Shown: positions 1 to 10,254 of the stretch, piece by piece | Layout: every line of letters starts with the position of its first letter | Position numbering within the stretch: position 1 is the first letter of the stretch | Virus record (IMG/VR): IMGVR_UViG_3300029286_001586 | Coordinates: 10,053 to 74,052 of that record | From: a virus | Direction: 5' to 3' (one strand) | Length of the DNA stretch: 64,000 nt | Program-made: the position numbers and the translations under genes | Notes under the pieces: model-generated | What the model was told of the DNA's origin: nothing | Databases searched by the model: none | The model's input: only the letters and a program-made list of their open reading frames with translations

Positions 1-2
1 TT

Positions 3-1913
3 CTTATTGCGTTTCCAAATTTTGGATGTGAGGAAGCGCAAAAGAATCCTACTACTTGGCCAACGCTTTGTCCTCATACGCATAATTGGCAGTTTACATT
101 GGAAACAGCTTCGGCGGTACTAATGGCAGCAGGGTTTGATGTTATAAGCAATCCAGAACTTACAGGCAATCTTGTGTTGATTGGGAGAAAAGCACAGGTG
201 GGGGCTTATCCTGTTGTTGATATTAAGAGACACGAAAGAGACCATGTAGATATCATTCTTCCAATATATAACGGGGATTATACAAAGACCTTTGTAAAAG
301 AATTATATGAAACCGCAGATTATCCTTTTAAACTTTACATAATAGACGATTGTTCTAATGATGGTATTGCTGACTATATTAAAACAGAAGTTCTTCCTAA
401 ACACAAAGAAATTGTTTATATTAGGAACGAAGAAAATCTTGGATTTTTAAAAACAGTCAATGTTGGCATTAGAGCATCGGAAAATGATTTTGTATTGATA
501 GCAAATAACGATTTAAGGTTTCTGAGAAAAGGATGGCTTTCAACAACGGTCAATACACTCAAAAATAATAAAGATATTGGAGCGGTGGGCATAGAATACT
601 TACATAGTGACGTTGATTTTGTTACGATGTGTTATTTTATGACGAAAAGAAGCATCTTGGATAGAATTGGATATCTCGATGAGTCTTTTGCGCCTGGAGT
701 ATTTGAAGATGTAGAATTTTGCACTCGTTTGCAACTTATGGGATATGGTTGTGTTGCAATAGACATTCCTGTTGCTCATTTAAATAATAACGGACCGCAG
801 CAAAACATTACCAAAGAAAAACTTACCGAAATAAATAGACAGAAGTTTCTTGCTAAATATAATTTTGTTCACAGAGATTTCAAAATAGTATTTCATATGA
901 ACAATCAGCTATGGGTTGGAGGCATTGAGGAAGTTATAAAAAATCTTATAAAATACAAAGACGAAGGATATGAAGTTATTGTTGCGTCCCCTCAAGACGG
1001 TCGTATGGCAAAAGAAATGAGAGATTATGGAGCAACTGTTTTTATTGGAAATTTCACAAAAATATACAATTTAATAAATATAATAAAACCAGATATAATT
1101 CATACGCACACTTCTGGTTTGCTCACATATGGAAATCATTTGGCTAATTTAATAGTTCCGAAACCTATTCGAGTTGAGACAATTCATTCTCCAGGAACGA
1201 ACAATGCAACCGAAGATAAATTAGATGCTCTAGTTTCGGTTAGTAATGATACATTTTTGAGACAGAACTTTAGTAGAACAGTTGAGATATTAAATGGCGT
1301 TGATTTTGATAAGTGTAAAAGAGAAGAAATAGGGAAACCTAAAGAAACAAATAAAATAGTAATTGGAAAAACATGCAGAATGGCTAAAGATAAAAAGGTT
1401 CTTGATTTTATTTTGGCTGCATATTATCTGACAGAAAAATATAAAAACACAAAATATAATTTGGAGTTTCATTTGGTCGGAGACGATAGCACAAAAATTT
1501 ATAGAGACAAATGTGTATTATTTGCAAAGCAGCTTGGACTCGGAAATCTTTTCTTCTATCCAGAAACCAGAGAAACTTCTTTTATGAATGGTTGGGATAT
1601 AGGCTTAGCTCCGACATGGAGCGAGGGATTTGGTATATCAACGGCAGAGATGGTTGCATTTGGTTTGCCAGTAGTGACATATAATTGTTTTGCCAATCCA
1701 GAAATAGTTTTAGACGGAATTAATGGATTTTTAGTTGATGTTGATGATATAAATGGTTTGGTTGAAAAAACATCCAATCTAATCGAAAATAAAGAATTGA
1801 GACTTCAGATGGGAGAAAATGGGTTATCCCACATACAAAATTTTGATGCAAGAAATATGTCGAAAGAATATTACGATTTATATAATAAACTACTAGGAGA
1901 AAAAGTTGGGTAA
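3..1913 (+). CDS. Multidomain methyltransferase(C-terminal part)-GT2-GT4 glycosyltransferase, 5'-truncated by the window edge
   Basis: The frame is open from nt 3 (LIAFPNFGCEEAQKNPTTWPTLCPHTHNWQFTLETASAVLMAAGF, resembling the C-terminus of class I SAM methyltransferases). GT2 motifs follow (DIILPIYN, IIDDCSND, NLGF, ANND, FEDVEFC), then GT4/GT-B motifs (GGIEEV, PDIIHTH, NGVD, EGFGISTAEMVAFGLPVV). Confidence 0.85.
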   Translation, partial: LIAFPNFGCEEAQKNPTTWPTLCPHTHNWQFTLETASAVLMAAGFDVISNPELTGNLVLIGRKAQVGAYPVVDIKRHERDHVDIILPIYNGDYTKTFVKELYETADYPFKLYIIDDCSNDGIADYIKTEVLPKHKEIVYIRNEENLGFLKTVNVGIRASENDFVLIANNDLRFLRKGWLSTTVNTLKNNKDIGAVGIEYLHSDVDFVTMCYFMTKRSILDRIGYLDESFAPGVFEDVEFCTRLQLMGYGCVAIDIPVAHLNNNGPQQNITKEKLTEINRQKFLAKYNFVHRDFKIVFHMNNQLWVGGIEEVIKNLIKYKDEGYEVIVASPQDGRMAKEMRDYGATVFIGNFTKIYNLINIIKPDIIHTHTSGLLTYGNHLANLIVPKPIRVETIHSPGTNNATEDKLDALVSVSNDTFLRQNFSRTVEILNGVDFDKCKREEIGKPKETNKIVIGKTCRMAKDKKVLDFILAAYYLTEKYKNTKYNLEFHLVGDDSTKIYRDKCVLFAKQLGLGNLFFYPETRETSFMNGWDIGLAPTWSEGFGISTAEMVAFGLPVVTYNCFANPEIVLDGINGFLVDVDDINGLVEKTSNLIENKELRLQMGENGLSHIQNFDARNMSKEYYDLYNKLLGEKVG

Positions 1914-2616
1914 TCAACATTTATGTACGATTTGTCATAAGCTGCTTGCTAAGAGAGATTGGGTGGGAGGGATTTGTGAAAAGTGTGCTAATCCAAGTAC
2001 AGAGGTTCTTTTGTATGATTCTAAAGTAATACTTCATGTCAAGAATAAAGAAGAACGGAGTTTGTTAGAGGGGTGGGCAAAAGACTACAACGAAATCGAG
2101 TTCGATGTTCCTGACCCATATAATGATATATCAGCACTTCTTCTCTATCGTTTAGAAACATATAGGATAGGAAAATCTCTTGTCAATGTCAAAGATGAAG
2201 CAGAAAGAAAGAAACTCCACGAATCACTTAATTATTCCACAAATCAGATAGAAGGAATTCAGAAGAAGATAGGAATAACTAGAGACAAAATTCAAAAGAG
2301 AAAAGGTTCTGCCGAAGTAATGTTCCCCCAGCTTATGAAAGAATTCGCAAAATACAGAGCGGAGCATCAACACGTTTTTAGAGGAATGGCAGTATGCACT
2401 AAGTGTAATGAGAGGATAATCGTTAAGAGCTTTCTTCCCACATTTGAACAGTGGTCAATAAAAAAACTGGAAGACCTGGCAGTACAACACACAGACTCAC
2501 AAACACTTATTAATCAGTATAGAAAACATATTGAAGCATTTGGGAACCCAGAGCAATATAGCGAAGAAATCAGGAGATTGATTGAAAATGTCACAGATGC
2601 AGATAATCAGGAATAA
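1906..2616 (+). CDS. Putative terminase small subunit / Zn-finger protein
   Basis: Directly upstream of TerL; CxxC pairs; helical body. Function inferred from position. Confidence 0.45.
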   Translation: MGNQHLCTICHKLLAKRDWVGGICEKCANPSTEVLLYDSKVILHVKNKEERSLLEGWAKDYNEIEFDVPDPYNDISALLLYRLETYRIGKSLVNVKDEAERKKLHESLNYSTNQIEGIQKKIGITRDKIQKRKGSAEVMFPQLMKEFAKYRAEHQHVFRGMAVCTKCNERIIVKSFLPTFEQWSIKKLEDLAVQHTDSQTLINQYRKHIEAFGNPEQYSEEIRRLIENVTDADNQE

Positions 2617-2618
2617 CA

Positions 2619-5222
2619 TTGGCAAAATATAAAACGAAAATTGACGCCGATTTCCTTTATCTGTTGTCGTGTTTTTATGACCCCGCTTCTTTCTTCGAGT
2701 TCTTTAATTCGCAGGAACATACAAAAGACGGCAAGCCATATGAGCTTATGCAGCCGTTTCTTGATTACTCATATTCTCGTCTTATAAAAAATCATAGGTG
2801 CTTGGCTTCTTCTCGTAATTGCCAAAAAACAACATTGCTAGAGAACGAAACGCTCCAAGACGCTTTAACAAGAGTTGACCAGAAGACAGGATTTATTGTT
2901 CCTTCGGAAAAGCACATGATTGAGGTAGCAGAAAATCTTGTGAGAAAAACCCAGACATATCCTCTACTTAAACTTTTCTTCAAAGATTGGTATGTTAAAA
3001 ATAGATACATGCAGTTCCATACTGGTCACATGATTGAGTTCAGGATAATGGGACATGATTATACAGGAGAAAAATCAGCAATCGCTTTACACTGTCTTGA
3101 TGGGGACCAAGAAGTGTTGTTTTATGACGGAACCAAGATGAAGATAAAGGATGTTGTTGAGAATAAAGTTTCTAAGAGGGTTGTATCATATTCGCATCAT
3201 TTAGGTAAAATTGAGGCAAGTAATATTGTTAATTGGTTTAAATTCAAGAATCATAAAGACGTTTCTGAAGAAGTAATTGAAATTGTTTTAGATAATAACG
3301 AAAAAATTGTTTGTACGAATGAACACATGTTTCAAACTGCAAGAACAAGCAAGACTTTTATTCCTGCAAAATATCTTTATATTAACGACAAACTATACAA
3401 AAATATTTCATTTAATTGTAAAGTAGTCGAATGGTGGAATGACAACAAAAGAACAGATGAATATATAAGAGGCTTGCTCTTAGGAGACGGAAGCATTTCT
3501 CGTCACAAATCGACGCATAATGCAAGAATTAAAGTGTGTCATTGTTCTAAACAAAAAGAATATTTGGATTTACAGAAAAACATGTTTTCTGATGTGGGTT
3601 ATAGTGAGTATAATAGCATTACAGAATACAAGTCTCATGTATTTTCGGTGCAGAGTCGATGCTCAGAGAAGTTTAATAAATATCATGATGAACTGATAAT
3701 CGGCGGTAAAAAGACGGTAACACAGAAATATCTTAATAAACTTACCCCGCTTTCTATTGCTGTATGGTATATGGATGATGGGAGCCTATCTGGAGATTCT
3801 TTGAGGTTAGCCACTCACGGATTTTCAAAGGAAGAAAATGATTTAATTTCTGAATATTTCAAAGATAAATGGGATATAGATAATGCAGTAATGGAAGATA
3901 AAAGAAAAAATTTGTTTTTTATCTATTTAAAAGATATTGATAAATTTTTGAAACTCATTGGTCCGTATATACCAACATGTATGCGATATAAACTTAGCAG
4001 AATTGTTTATGTTGGAATAAAATCATTAAATCGAATAAAATATGATAAGCCAGTTTATGATATAGAAGTTGAGACAAATCATAACTATTTCATTAATGGA
4101 ATTCTTTGCCATAATTGCCAAAAAAATGTAGTTGACGAATCACAGAATATCCCAAAAGAATATTTACAGCAGTTGACCCCAGGTTCGACACAAGGTTTTG
4201 AATATTTAATAGCGGGAGTTTCAAACAACATACGAACAACCGCTTTATGGTATGGCGTAGCAGACCCTATGTTTGTTTATCTACGCTATGCAATGTATGA
4301 GGGACCAAACTGGTCAGATGATATGGATAAGATGATGCAAGAGCAGACTGGTGGCAAAGAAACACAGGGATGGAAGACGCTTGTTGAGGGCAGATGGGGT
4401 GAGAGAGCCTTTAATGTGTTTCCGATGAACAAGATTTGGGAAGCATCAATGATGTTTCAAAAAAACAAACATCTATATTCAAACCAGATATTCCATGACA
4501 TGACTACAAACGAACTTCTATCTAAATTGGTTCTTCCTGCGTTAGATGGAAAATTTTGCGAATATATTTTGGGAGTTGATGTGGGAGGAAATTCAAATAA
4601 TTCTCCTTCTGAAATTGAAGTTTGGGGTCTTAAAATTAGGGGAGATAAGTTGGGTTGGATTCTTGTTTATAAATTGTCATTATACAACATAGGTACTGTT
4701 ATTCAGTCTGAAATAGTTGATTATATAGCATCTTATTTTAATGTAAATGGATTAGGTATTGATGCTCAAACAGTGGGTTCTGATTTATATAGAAACCTTA
4801 CTGAAGGCAAAGTAATTTCGGACCCAGCCAAAGTAGAACGATATAAGAATATATGCAAACCATTTATCATGAACTCAATGGTAGTTGTCGATAAATTATT
4901 TAACAAGCAGAAGCAAAAAGACGAAGAACTAAAACAACCTGTTAAGATGAAAGCGACAATACTACTTCAAGAGTTGTTCAGACAAAATCTTATAGAGCTT
5001 CCTGGCGTAAAAGAGATAATGGAGTCATTTCAGGCAGAAACATGGCAGTCTAATAGGCAAAGAATAGGCGGAATGACATATATGAACGATAAGAACGAAC
5101 ATTTAGTAGATGCTGCTAGAATGGCTGTTATGGCTAGATGGACAATAGAGCAAGAAGGACTGCTACCACAGGAAGCAGAAGCAAGAGATATCCCAGGACC
5201 AAATATCAGGAGAATGAAATGA
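2619..5222 (+). CDS. terL: Terminase large subunit containing an intein
   Basis: Walker A-like SSRNCQKTT, Walker B VVDESQ, nuclease motifs LGVDVG, GIDAQ and NEHLVDAAR; lies upstream of the portal. Confidence 0.85.
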   Translation: MAKYKTKIDADFLYLLSCFYDPASFFEFFNSQEHTKDGKPYELMQPFLDYSYSRLIKNHRCLASSRNCQKTTLLENETLQDALTRVDQKTGFIVPSEKHMIEVAENLVRKTQTYPLLKLFFKDWYVKNRYMQFHTGHMIEFRIMGHDYTGEKSAIALHCLDGDQEVLFYDGTKMKIKDVVENKVSKRVVSYSHHLGKIEASNIVNWFKFKNHKDVSEEVIEIVLDNNEKIVCTNEHMFQTARTSKTFIPAKYLYINDKLYKNISFNCKVVEWWNDNKRTDEYIRGLLLGDGSISRHKSTHNARIKVCHCSKQKEYLDLQKNMFSDVGYSEYNSITEYKSHVFSVQSRCSEKFNKYHDELIIGGKKTVTQKYLNKLTPLSIAVWYMDDGSLSGDSLRLATHGFSKEENDLISEYFKDKWDIDNAVMEDKRKNLFFIYLKDIDKFLKLIGPYIPTCMRYKLSRIVYVGIKSLNRIKYDKPVYDIEVETNHNYFINGILCHNCQKNVVDESQNIPKEYLQQLTPGSTQGFEYLIAGVSNNIRTTALWYGVADPMFVYLRYAMYEGPNWSDDMDKMMQEQTGGKETQGWKTLVEGRWGERAFNVFPMNKIWEASMMFQKNKHLYSNQIFHDMTTNELLSKLVLPALDGKFCEYILGVDVGGNSNNSPSEIEVWGLKIRGDKLGWILVYKLSLYNIGTVIQSEIVDYIASYFNVNGLGIDAQTVGSDLYRNLTEGKVISDPAKVERYKNICKPFIMNSMVVVDKLFNKQKQKDEELKQPVKMKATILLQELFRQNLIELPGVKEIMESFQAETWQSNRQRIGGMTYMNDKNEHLVDAARMAVMARWTIEQEGLLPQEAEARDIPGPNIRRMK
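3093..4115 (+). mobile_element. Intein with LAGLIDADG homing endonuclease in TerL (341 aa)
   Basis: Starts CLDGDQEV; block B CTNEH; LAGLIDADG-like GLLLGDG and WYMDDG; ends VYDIEVETNHNYFINGILCHN, followed by Cys+1. Confidence 0.93.
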
Positions 5223-5332
5223 TTTCGTTGTGTAAAAAGTGCTGGTGTATGACAAAGAATAAAAAAGTAAAAGGGACAAAGAATGATTGGGTTTGCGGTA
5301 AATGCGGAGCAAAGAAAGATAGGATAAAATGA
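5219..5332 (+). CDS. Small zinc-finger protein (37 aa)
   Basis: ATGA overlap with the terL stop; MISLCKKCWC...WVCGKCG. Confidence 0.55.
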   Translation: MISLCKKCWCMTKNKKVKGTKNDWVCGKCGAKKDRIK

Positions 5333-5598
5333 GACCAAAAAGTGACTGGAGACCAGACTATGACAAGGAATTGATTGAAACATATAGAAAAGAACACCCC
5401 GAACTTATTAAACAAATGGAAAAAGAAGTTCTTCAAGAGAATAAAAAAACAACAAAAGAACACTTAAAAATTATAATAGATAAAATGATTTTGCCACCAG
5501 TATTAGAGCGTTCAGAAAGGGATGATACATGGAATGGTCGTAATGTAATACCTCTTTCTCAGGTTTCTGAAAATATAATAATTAATAAAATAGCGTAA
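5329..5598 (+). CDS. Hypothetical protein
   Basis: ORF coupled by ATGA overlap. Confidence 0.55.
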   Translation: MRPKSDWRPDYDKELIETYRKEHPELIKQMEKEVLQENKKTTKEHLKIIIDKMILPPVLERSERDDTWNGRNVIPLSQVSENIIINKIA

Positions 5599-5653
5599 GG
5601 ACGCCAAAAATTGTAAATAAATTTGGCTTTATGTGGGCATAATATGAGAAGCA

Positions 5654-7267
5654 ATGACTAAAACAAATAACTTGAAACAAAATGGTCCAGGCTTCGTTCG
5701 TAAAACAAATTCTCAATATGATAAACAAATGGATGCTTTCCGAAGCTCCATAGGTAATCTATTTACTTCAAATGACCCCACGCTATCTTCACAAGGCAAA
5801 GTCGAAAAGCTCATGCAGCAAGGATATTGGGGAGATGTAATAAAATCTCTCAAAATATACGAATCCGACGCTGTTATTAAAAAACTAATAGATGAAAGCA
5901 CTTACTGTGCAAACACAAAAGTAATGTTTTCATCTACTGATGATGAGAAAACCAAAGAAGTATATGAGGAATGGGCAAAACGAATAAACGAAGATGTCCC
6001 TAATGTAATTCCTGGTATTAATACTGTTGCTGAATGGATATTACTTTCTTTACTTAAAACAGGAATGGCTGTTCCTGATTTTGAATGGCAAGACATTGAT
6101 ATCAATGGCGAAATATATACGCTTCCAATGAAACTCAATGTTCATCCTACCCTTGCAGTTAAATTAAAATCAAGTCCTCTTAAATTTGGTTATGAAGAAG
6201 TATGGCTTGGTTTAAATATTACTTCAGATGATTTCAAGAAAGAAACAGCAAATGCAGACCAATCATATTTAGTAAAATATGTCGAAATGGTCCCAGGAAA
6301 TTCCCCTTATGGCGGAAAAGTTCTTAATGAAGTATGGCACGATAAAGCACAAACAAAAAACACAATACTTTGTGTTAAGAAGCCCAACGCCTTTGCCCTA
6401 AAGTATAAATGGTCAGCACAAGACACGACATATTATCCTATTCCTCCTCTTAAAGCGTTGTTTGCTCCTATTGCAATGAAGCACAAGCTCCAAGAAGCGG
6501 ATATGTCCTTACTTCAGAGAGTAATCAGTAGGATTATACATGTCAAAGTTGGCGATAAGGACAATCCTCCGAAACCAGACATCGTTGATAAAGACGGAAA
6601 TGTGACTAAAAAAGGAACACTCACACTTTATTCAGAAATGTGGCAAGAAGGCGAAGGCACACAAATATTCACTACTGATTATACAGTGTCAATTGAAGAT
6701 AAAATACCAGACTTGGAGTTAGTTCTAAATCAGGCAAAGTATATACCCTCTCTTATGGAAATAATGGGAGCTTTTGGTATCATGCAAGACCCAGACTCTA
6801 AAGTGGGGTCTGCTCCTCATGCACAACTTAATTTGACTAAATATGAGAAATATCTCGAAGACTTGCAAAAAATAGTTATCGGATATATTAAATGGTTATG
6901 CAAAGAAATAGATAAAAAGAATCCGAAGATAAAAAAACCGTCTAATATAGTAATGAATCCCCCCTATATCGATACTGCAACACAGAAATCTCTAGCTGAT
7001 TTATTTAAAATGGGAGCAGTAGATATTTATACCCTTCTTGAATCTATTGATTTGGACCCGACACAGATTAAAGCCAGGAAAGAAAAACAGCTTGGTGATA
7101 ATATGACGAACGGAGAGAATGTTTGGAGTCCGCCAACATCTCTTGTTCAAATCGCAAAAGACAAAAATGGTTCTATGAAAGAAGAATTTTCTGAAGATTC
7201 GGAACCAGGACGCCCCACGAAAAAAGAAAAAACAGACGAAATGCAGTCAGAAGAAATAAAACAGTAG
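5654..7267 (+). CDS. Portal protein
   Basis: 537 aa between TerL and the protease/capsid genes; portal-like C-terminus ending EPGRP plus a charged tail. Confidence 0.75.
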   Translation: MTKTNNLKQNGPGFVRKTNSQYDKQMDAFRSSIGNLFTSNDPTLSSQGKVEKLMQQGYWGDVIKSLKIYESDAVIKKLIDESTYCANTKVMFSSTDDEKTKEVYEEWAKRINEDVPNVIPGINTVAEWILLSLLKTGMAVPDFEWQDIDINGEIYTLPMKLNVHPTLAVKLKSSPLKFGYEEVWLGLNITSDDFKKETANADQSYLVKYVEMVPGNSPYGGKVLNEVWHDKAQTKNTILCVKKPNAFALKYKWSAQDTTYYPIPPLKALFAPIAMKHKLQEADMSLLQRVISRIIHVKVGDKDNPPKPDIVDKDGNVTKKGTLTLYSEMWQEGEGTQIFTTDYTVSIEDKIPDLELVLNQAKYIPSLMEIMGAFGIMQDPDSKVGSAPHAQLNLTKYEKYLEDLQKIVIGYIKWLCKEIDKKNPKIKKPSNIVMNPPYIDTATQKSLADLFKMGAVDIYTLLESIDLDPTQIKARKEKQLGDNMTNGENVWSPPTSLVQIAKDKNGSMKEEFSEDSEPGRPTKKEKTDEMQSEEIKQ

Positions 7268-7277
7268 GGAGATAACA

Positions 7278-7697
7278 ATGCCAGGATATCCGAAGAATTT
7301 TTTAGCTAATTGGGTTGCACAGGCTTCACCAAAAGCCATGATTGACCAACTGGAAGACAATATAGAAGTTGTTGTTGATGAACTCGCTTCTGGTCTGCTG
7401 GGTTACGAACCTGATATAACAACGAATAGTTTAAGTGGAAGCATGATACTCAATGCTACTATTGGTTCATCAAAAATTGTCGTAGCAGATTGGGCGACGA
7501 AACAGAACGCAATAGCTCTCAGTTCATTGTCTGGTGTTTATTTGGCAGATGGAAGCGTTCTTGCAAGAAAAACAGATTTTTTGACTGTTGGCGTGTCTGG
7601 GTTATCTTTAGGAAAATTCGGTCCATTAAGGGACGCTGATGGAGTAAATGTTTATTTATATATTAGTGGAGGGGCAGTACAAACAAGTAGGACATAA
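7278..7697 (+). CDS. Putative minor virion (head) protein
   Basis: Strong SD (GGGAG); within the head module; SG-rich. Confidence 0.5.
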   Translation: MPGYPKNFLANWVAQASPKAMIDQLEDNIEVVVDELASGLLGYEPDITTNSLSGSMILNATIGSSKIVVADWATKQNAIALSSLSGVYLADGSVLARKTDFLTVGVSGLSLGKFGPLRDADGVNVYLYISGGAVQTSRT

Positions 7698-7700
7698 AAT

Positions 7701-8864
7701 ATGAAACAGATTACATATTCAAACGAAAAAATATCTAATACCTCATTTCAACTAATCAAAGAATTGGGTCGTGATGAAGTTAATGCAAGATTTCCTTATC
7801 TCGCTGGTAGAGAAAATGCAAGAGTTATAAAACTTAGTTTTCCTGTAGGTATAGAATCACATGATGGAGGAACTAAAAGAATTTTAGACGCTTCTACTGC
7901 AAAAGATAAAGCGAAATCTTTAAAAGATATGCCTATTCATTTTGCATTTGACGAAGCAGGTCTTCCGTCTTTACATCATGACGGAGACGAACAGAATAGA
8001 CCAGAAGTGGGACATATATTAGAAGCGGAGATGATAGGCGATAATGTTGTTTGTTATGCTTTGCTTCATCCAGTAACACAAAAAAGAGCTACCGAACTCA
8101 TACAAGCTAATAGAGCAAAACTGGGAAATTCCTGGGAAATAATAGCAAGAGACGGTATTCTTGATGAAGCAAACAATACCGAAACGATTACAGATTGGGA
8201 ATGGGTTGGTTTGGCAATTTTGGATAAGGAAGCAGCAGCTTATCCTGAATCAAAAGTTCTTGTTGCAAATAAACAGGTACAGGAGGTTAGGTCAATGGGA
8301 GAAGTAGAGGTTAAGACAGGGATTATAAAGGTAGTTGATGAGACAGTTGCTAGGGAAAACGCAGAACTTAAAGCGAAGATGGCTGAGGTGGATAAAGCGA
8401 AATTGGAAGCGGAAAAGAAAGATATCGCTGACAAGGCTGCTGAAAAGGCTACTGCCGAAGCAGAAATAAAAATAAAAGAAATAGAGAAAAAAGCCAATGA
8501 AGCGCAAGAAGCATTGGATAAAATAACTAAACAAGTTGATGAGGAGACAAAAAAAAGAAATGACGAAACTCAAATTGCCGAAGATAAAGCTCGAAAAGAT
8601 AAAGCAGTTGTTAGGACTACCGAGCTTAAAGAGTTTATGGACACGGTTAAGAAAGAAGAAGATAAAACCAAAATCTTAACAATGCTGGAGAAAATGTCAG
8701 ATGAAGAATATGATATTTTCAAACTTGGTAAGATAAAGACAAAAACAAAAGATAATGAAATGCTTACATCAATGGGACCTGTAATTCCTTCGTTTGCCAG
8801 CAAAACATTGGGTGAAGTAACACCCGAAGATTTACAGAAAACATATGGTAAGTGGGCAAAATAG
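7701..8864 (+). CDS. Prohead protease-scaffold fusion
   Basis: N-terminal protease-like domain (PIHF, LHH, EVGHI, LGNSWEI, GLAIL..AAYP) and a K/E/A-rich coiled-coil C-terminus. Confidence 0.75.
   Translation: MKQITYSNEKISNTSFQLIKELGRDEVNARFPYLAGRENARVIKLSFPVGIESHDGGTKRILDASTAKDKAKSLKDMPIHFAFDEAGLPSLHHDGDEQNRPEVGHILEAEMIGDNVVCYALLHPVTQKRATELIQANRAKLGNSWEIIARDGILDEANNTETITDWEWVGLAILDKEAAAYPESKVLVANKQVQEVRSMGEVEVKTGIIKVVDETVARENAELKAKMAEVDKAKLEAEKKDIADKAAEKATAEAEIKIKEIEKKANEAQEALDKITKQVDEETKKRNDETQIAEDKARKDKAVVRTTELKEFMDTVKKEEDKTKILTMLEKMSDEEYDIFKLGKIKTKTKDNEMLTSMGPVIPSFASKTLGEVTPEDLQKTYGKWAK
8295..8864 (+). CDS. Nested in-frame scaffold protein (internal start)
   Basis: AGGAGG at 8281-8286, 8 nt before an in-frame ATG at 8295, at the start of the coiled-coil region. 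Confidence 0.7.
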   Translation: MGEVEVKTGIIKVVDETVARENAELKAKMAEVDKAKLEAEKKDIADKAAEKATAEAEIKIKEIEKKANEAQEALDKITKQVDEETKKRNDETQIAEDKARKDKAVVRTTELKEFMDTVKKEEDKTKILTMLEKMSDEEYDIFKLGKIKTKTKDNEMLTSMGPVIPSFASKTLGEVTPEDLQKTYGKWAK

Positions 8865-8881
8865 AAGGGAGGGGAAATTAA

Positions 8882-9265
8882 ATGGTTTATAGTACGGTTT
8901 TTCAGACGAGAGCTGGTTCCAATGATAGAATCATAAATGATTTGAGGACGGGGGTTGCTTTGTCTGGCGGTCTTGCGGTTGCTATGTCAGGTGACAGTCT
9001 GTGTCTCGCAACTATTAATGATGTTCCGCTTGGTTGGGTAGGAAACTATTACAATTCAGGGGAAGTTGTTACGGTTATTAGAGACGGCAGAGTTACAGTT
9101 CAGTGTGCGGAAGCTGTTAGTGCTGGTGTAGATGTTTGCGCTGGTGTTAATGGAACAGTAGAAATATTTTCTGTGACTAGGCACAAAACTGGCGGAGCTA
9201 CTGCTTGCGGAAAAATGATTGAAGTTACGGCATCTGGTCTGTATGGACAGATGGAAATTATATAA
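8882..9265 (+). CDS. Capsid decoration/cement protein
   Basis: 127-aa Gly/Ala/Val-rich protein between scaffold and capsid genes; PLG..GEVVTV..G..AVSAG pattern. Confidence 0.7.
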   Translation: MVYSTVFQTRAGSNDRIINDLRTGVALSGGLAVAMSGDSLCLATINDVPLGWVGNYYNSGEVVTVIRDGRVTVQCAEAVSAGVDVCAGVNGTVEIFSVTRHKTGGATACGKMIEVTASGLYGQMEII

Positions 9266-9284
9266 GAAGGGAAGGTGAATTCTA

Positions 9285-10178
9285 ATGGCTCAAGTTATTG
9301 ATTTATCATCTTATTTAGATAATACGGCGTTACAGCCCGAATATCTAACAGGATTGATTACAAGGATTGCACAGGGTAAAATGGTTGCTGAAACTATTAT
9401 GCCCATTGAATCTGTTCCTACTCAGGATTTCGGTTATCATGTAGAAGTCGATTACGCACAGTTCGGTATTCCTACTGAAAAGGGCGAAAAAGGCGGACCT
9501 ACACTGGTACAGGCAGAGTTTACGAAAGCATACGGTTCTACTGTAAAGTATTACGAGGGTGCTGAGCTTACTGCCGACTATCTCAGACAGCGTTCATATG
9601 GTTGGGTTGACAAAATTGGAGAGCTTGTAAATCGTATAGCTTCCAAAATACAGCTTGGTGTTGAGAATGACATTCTTACCGCACTTCAGAATACCACAAG
9701 TGTTCAGATTCAGGCTGCGACTGGCTCATGGGTAAATAAATCTGCTGCAAAACCTCTCGATGATATCATAGCTGCTTCTGAAAAGATTCAGCTTGAGGAA
9801 GCAATGGACCCAGATTCTCTGCTTCTGTATGTTCAGGACTATAATCGACTGATTATGACTGACCAGATAAGGGCAACTTCTCAGTATATCAAAAATGTTA
9901 ATTCAGGTAAAGACCTGTTTATCACTGATATAGCCAATGGTATTAGACTTATGCCGATGCTGGCAAGGTACAATGCTGCTGGTACTCTGACCCCGCTTCT
10001 GCAACATTCTGGAATTCTTCTTCCCGCAAACATGGTAGGAAAACTCTATGAGTTTGAACCTTATGTTGGCGATTCGATAGAAGACAAAAAGAACCAGCTT
10101 ATTCTGCTTACTGGTAAAAGACAAGCGAAATGCGTAATCACGAACCCTAAACGCATCACAAAAATAACGGGTATATAG
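9285..10178 (+). CDS. Major capsid protein (HK97 fold)
   Basis: 297 aa; position; W...AKPLDDI..A...I....MDPDSLLL pattern of lambda-E-like capsids. Confidence 0.8.
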   Translation: MAQVIDLSSYLDNTALQPEYLTGLITRIAQGKMVAETIMPIESVPTQDFGYHVEVDYAQFGIPTEKGEKGGPTLVQAEFTKAYGSTVKYYEGAELTADYLRQRSYGWVDKIGELVNRIASKIQLGVENDILTALQNTTSVQIQAATGSWVNKSAAKPLDDIIAASEKIQLEEAMDPDSLLLYVQDYNRLIMTDQIRATSQYIKNVNSGKDLFITDIANGIRLMPMLARYNAAGTLTPLLQHSGILLPANMVGKLYEFEPYVGDSIEDKKNQLILLTGKRQAKCVITNPKRITKITGI

Positions 10179-10184
10179 AGCAGT

Positions 10185-10254
10185 GAGCGTGTAGGTAACC
10201 CCTACACTCTCTTATGGGGGCGAAGGGTAAAACTGAGACCCCCCATAAAAGAGG
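10185..10254 (+). promoter_or_regulatory. Tandem hairpins after the capsid gene (possible attenuator or RBS-occluding structure)
   Basis: gtgtagg/cctacac and ttatggggg/cccccataa stems; no U-tract. Confidence 0.5.
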
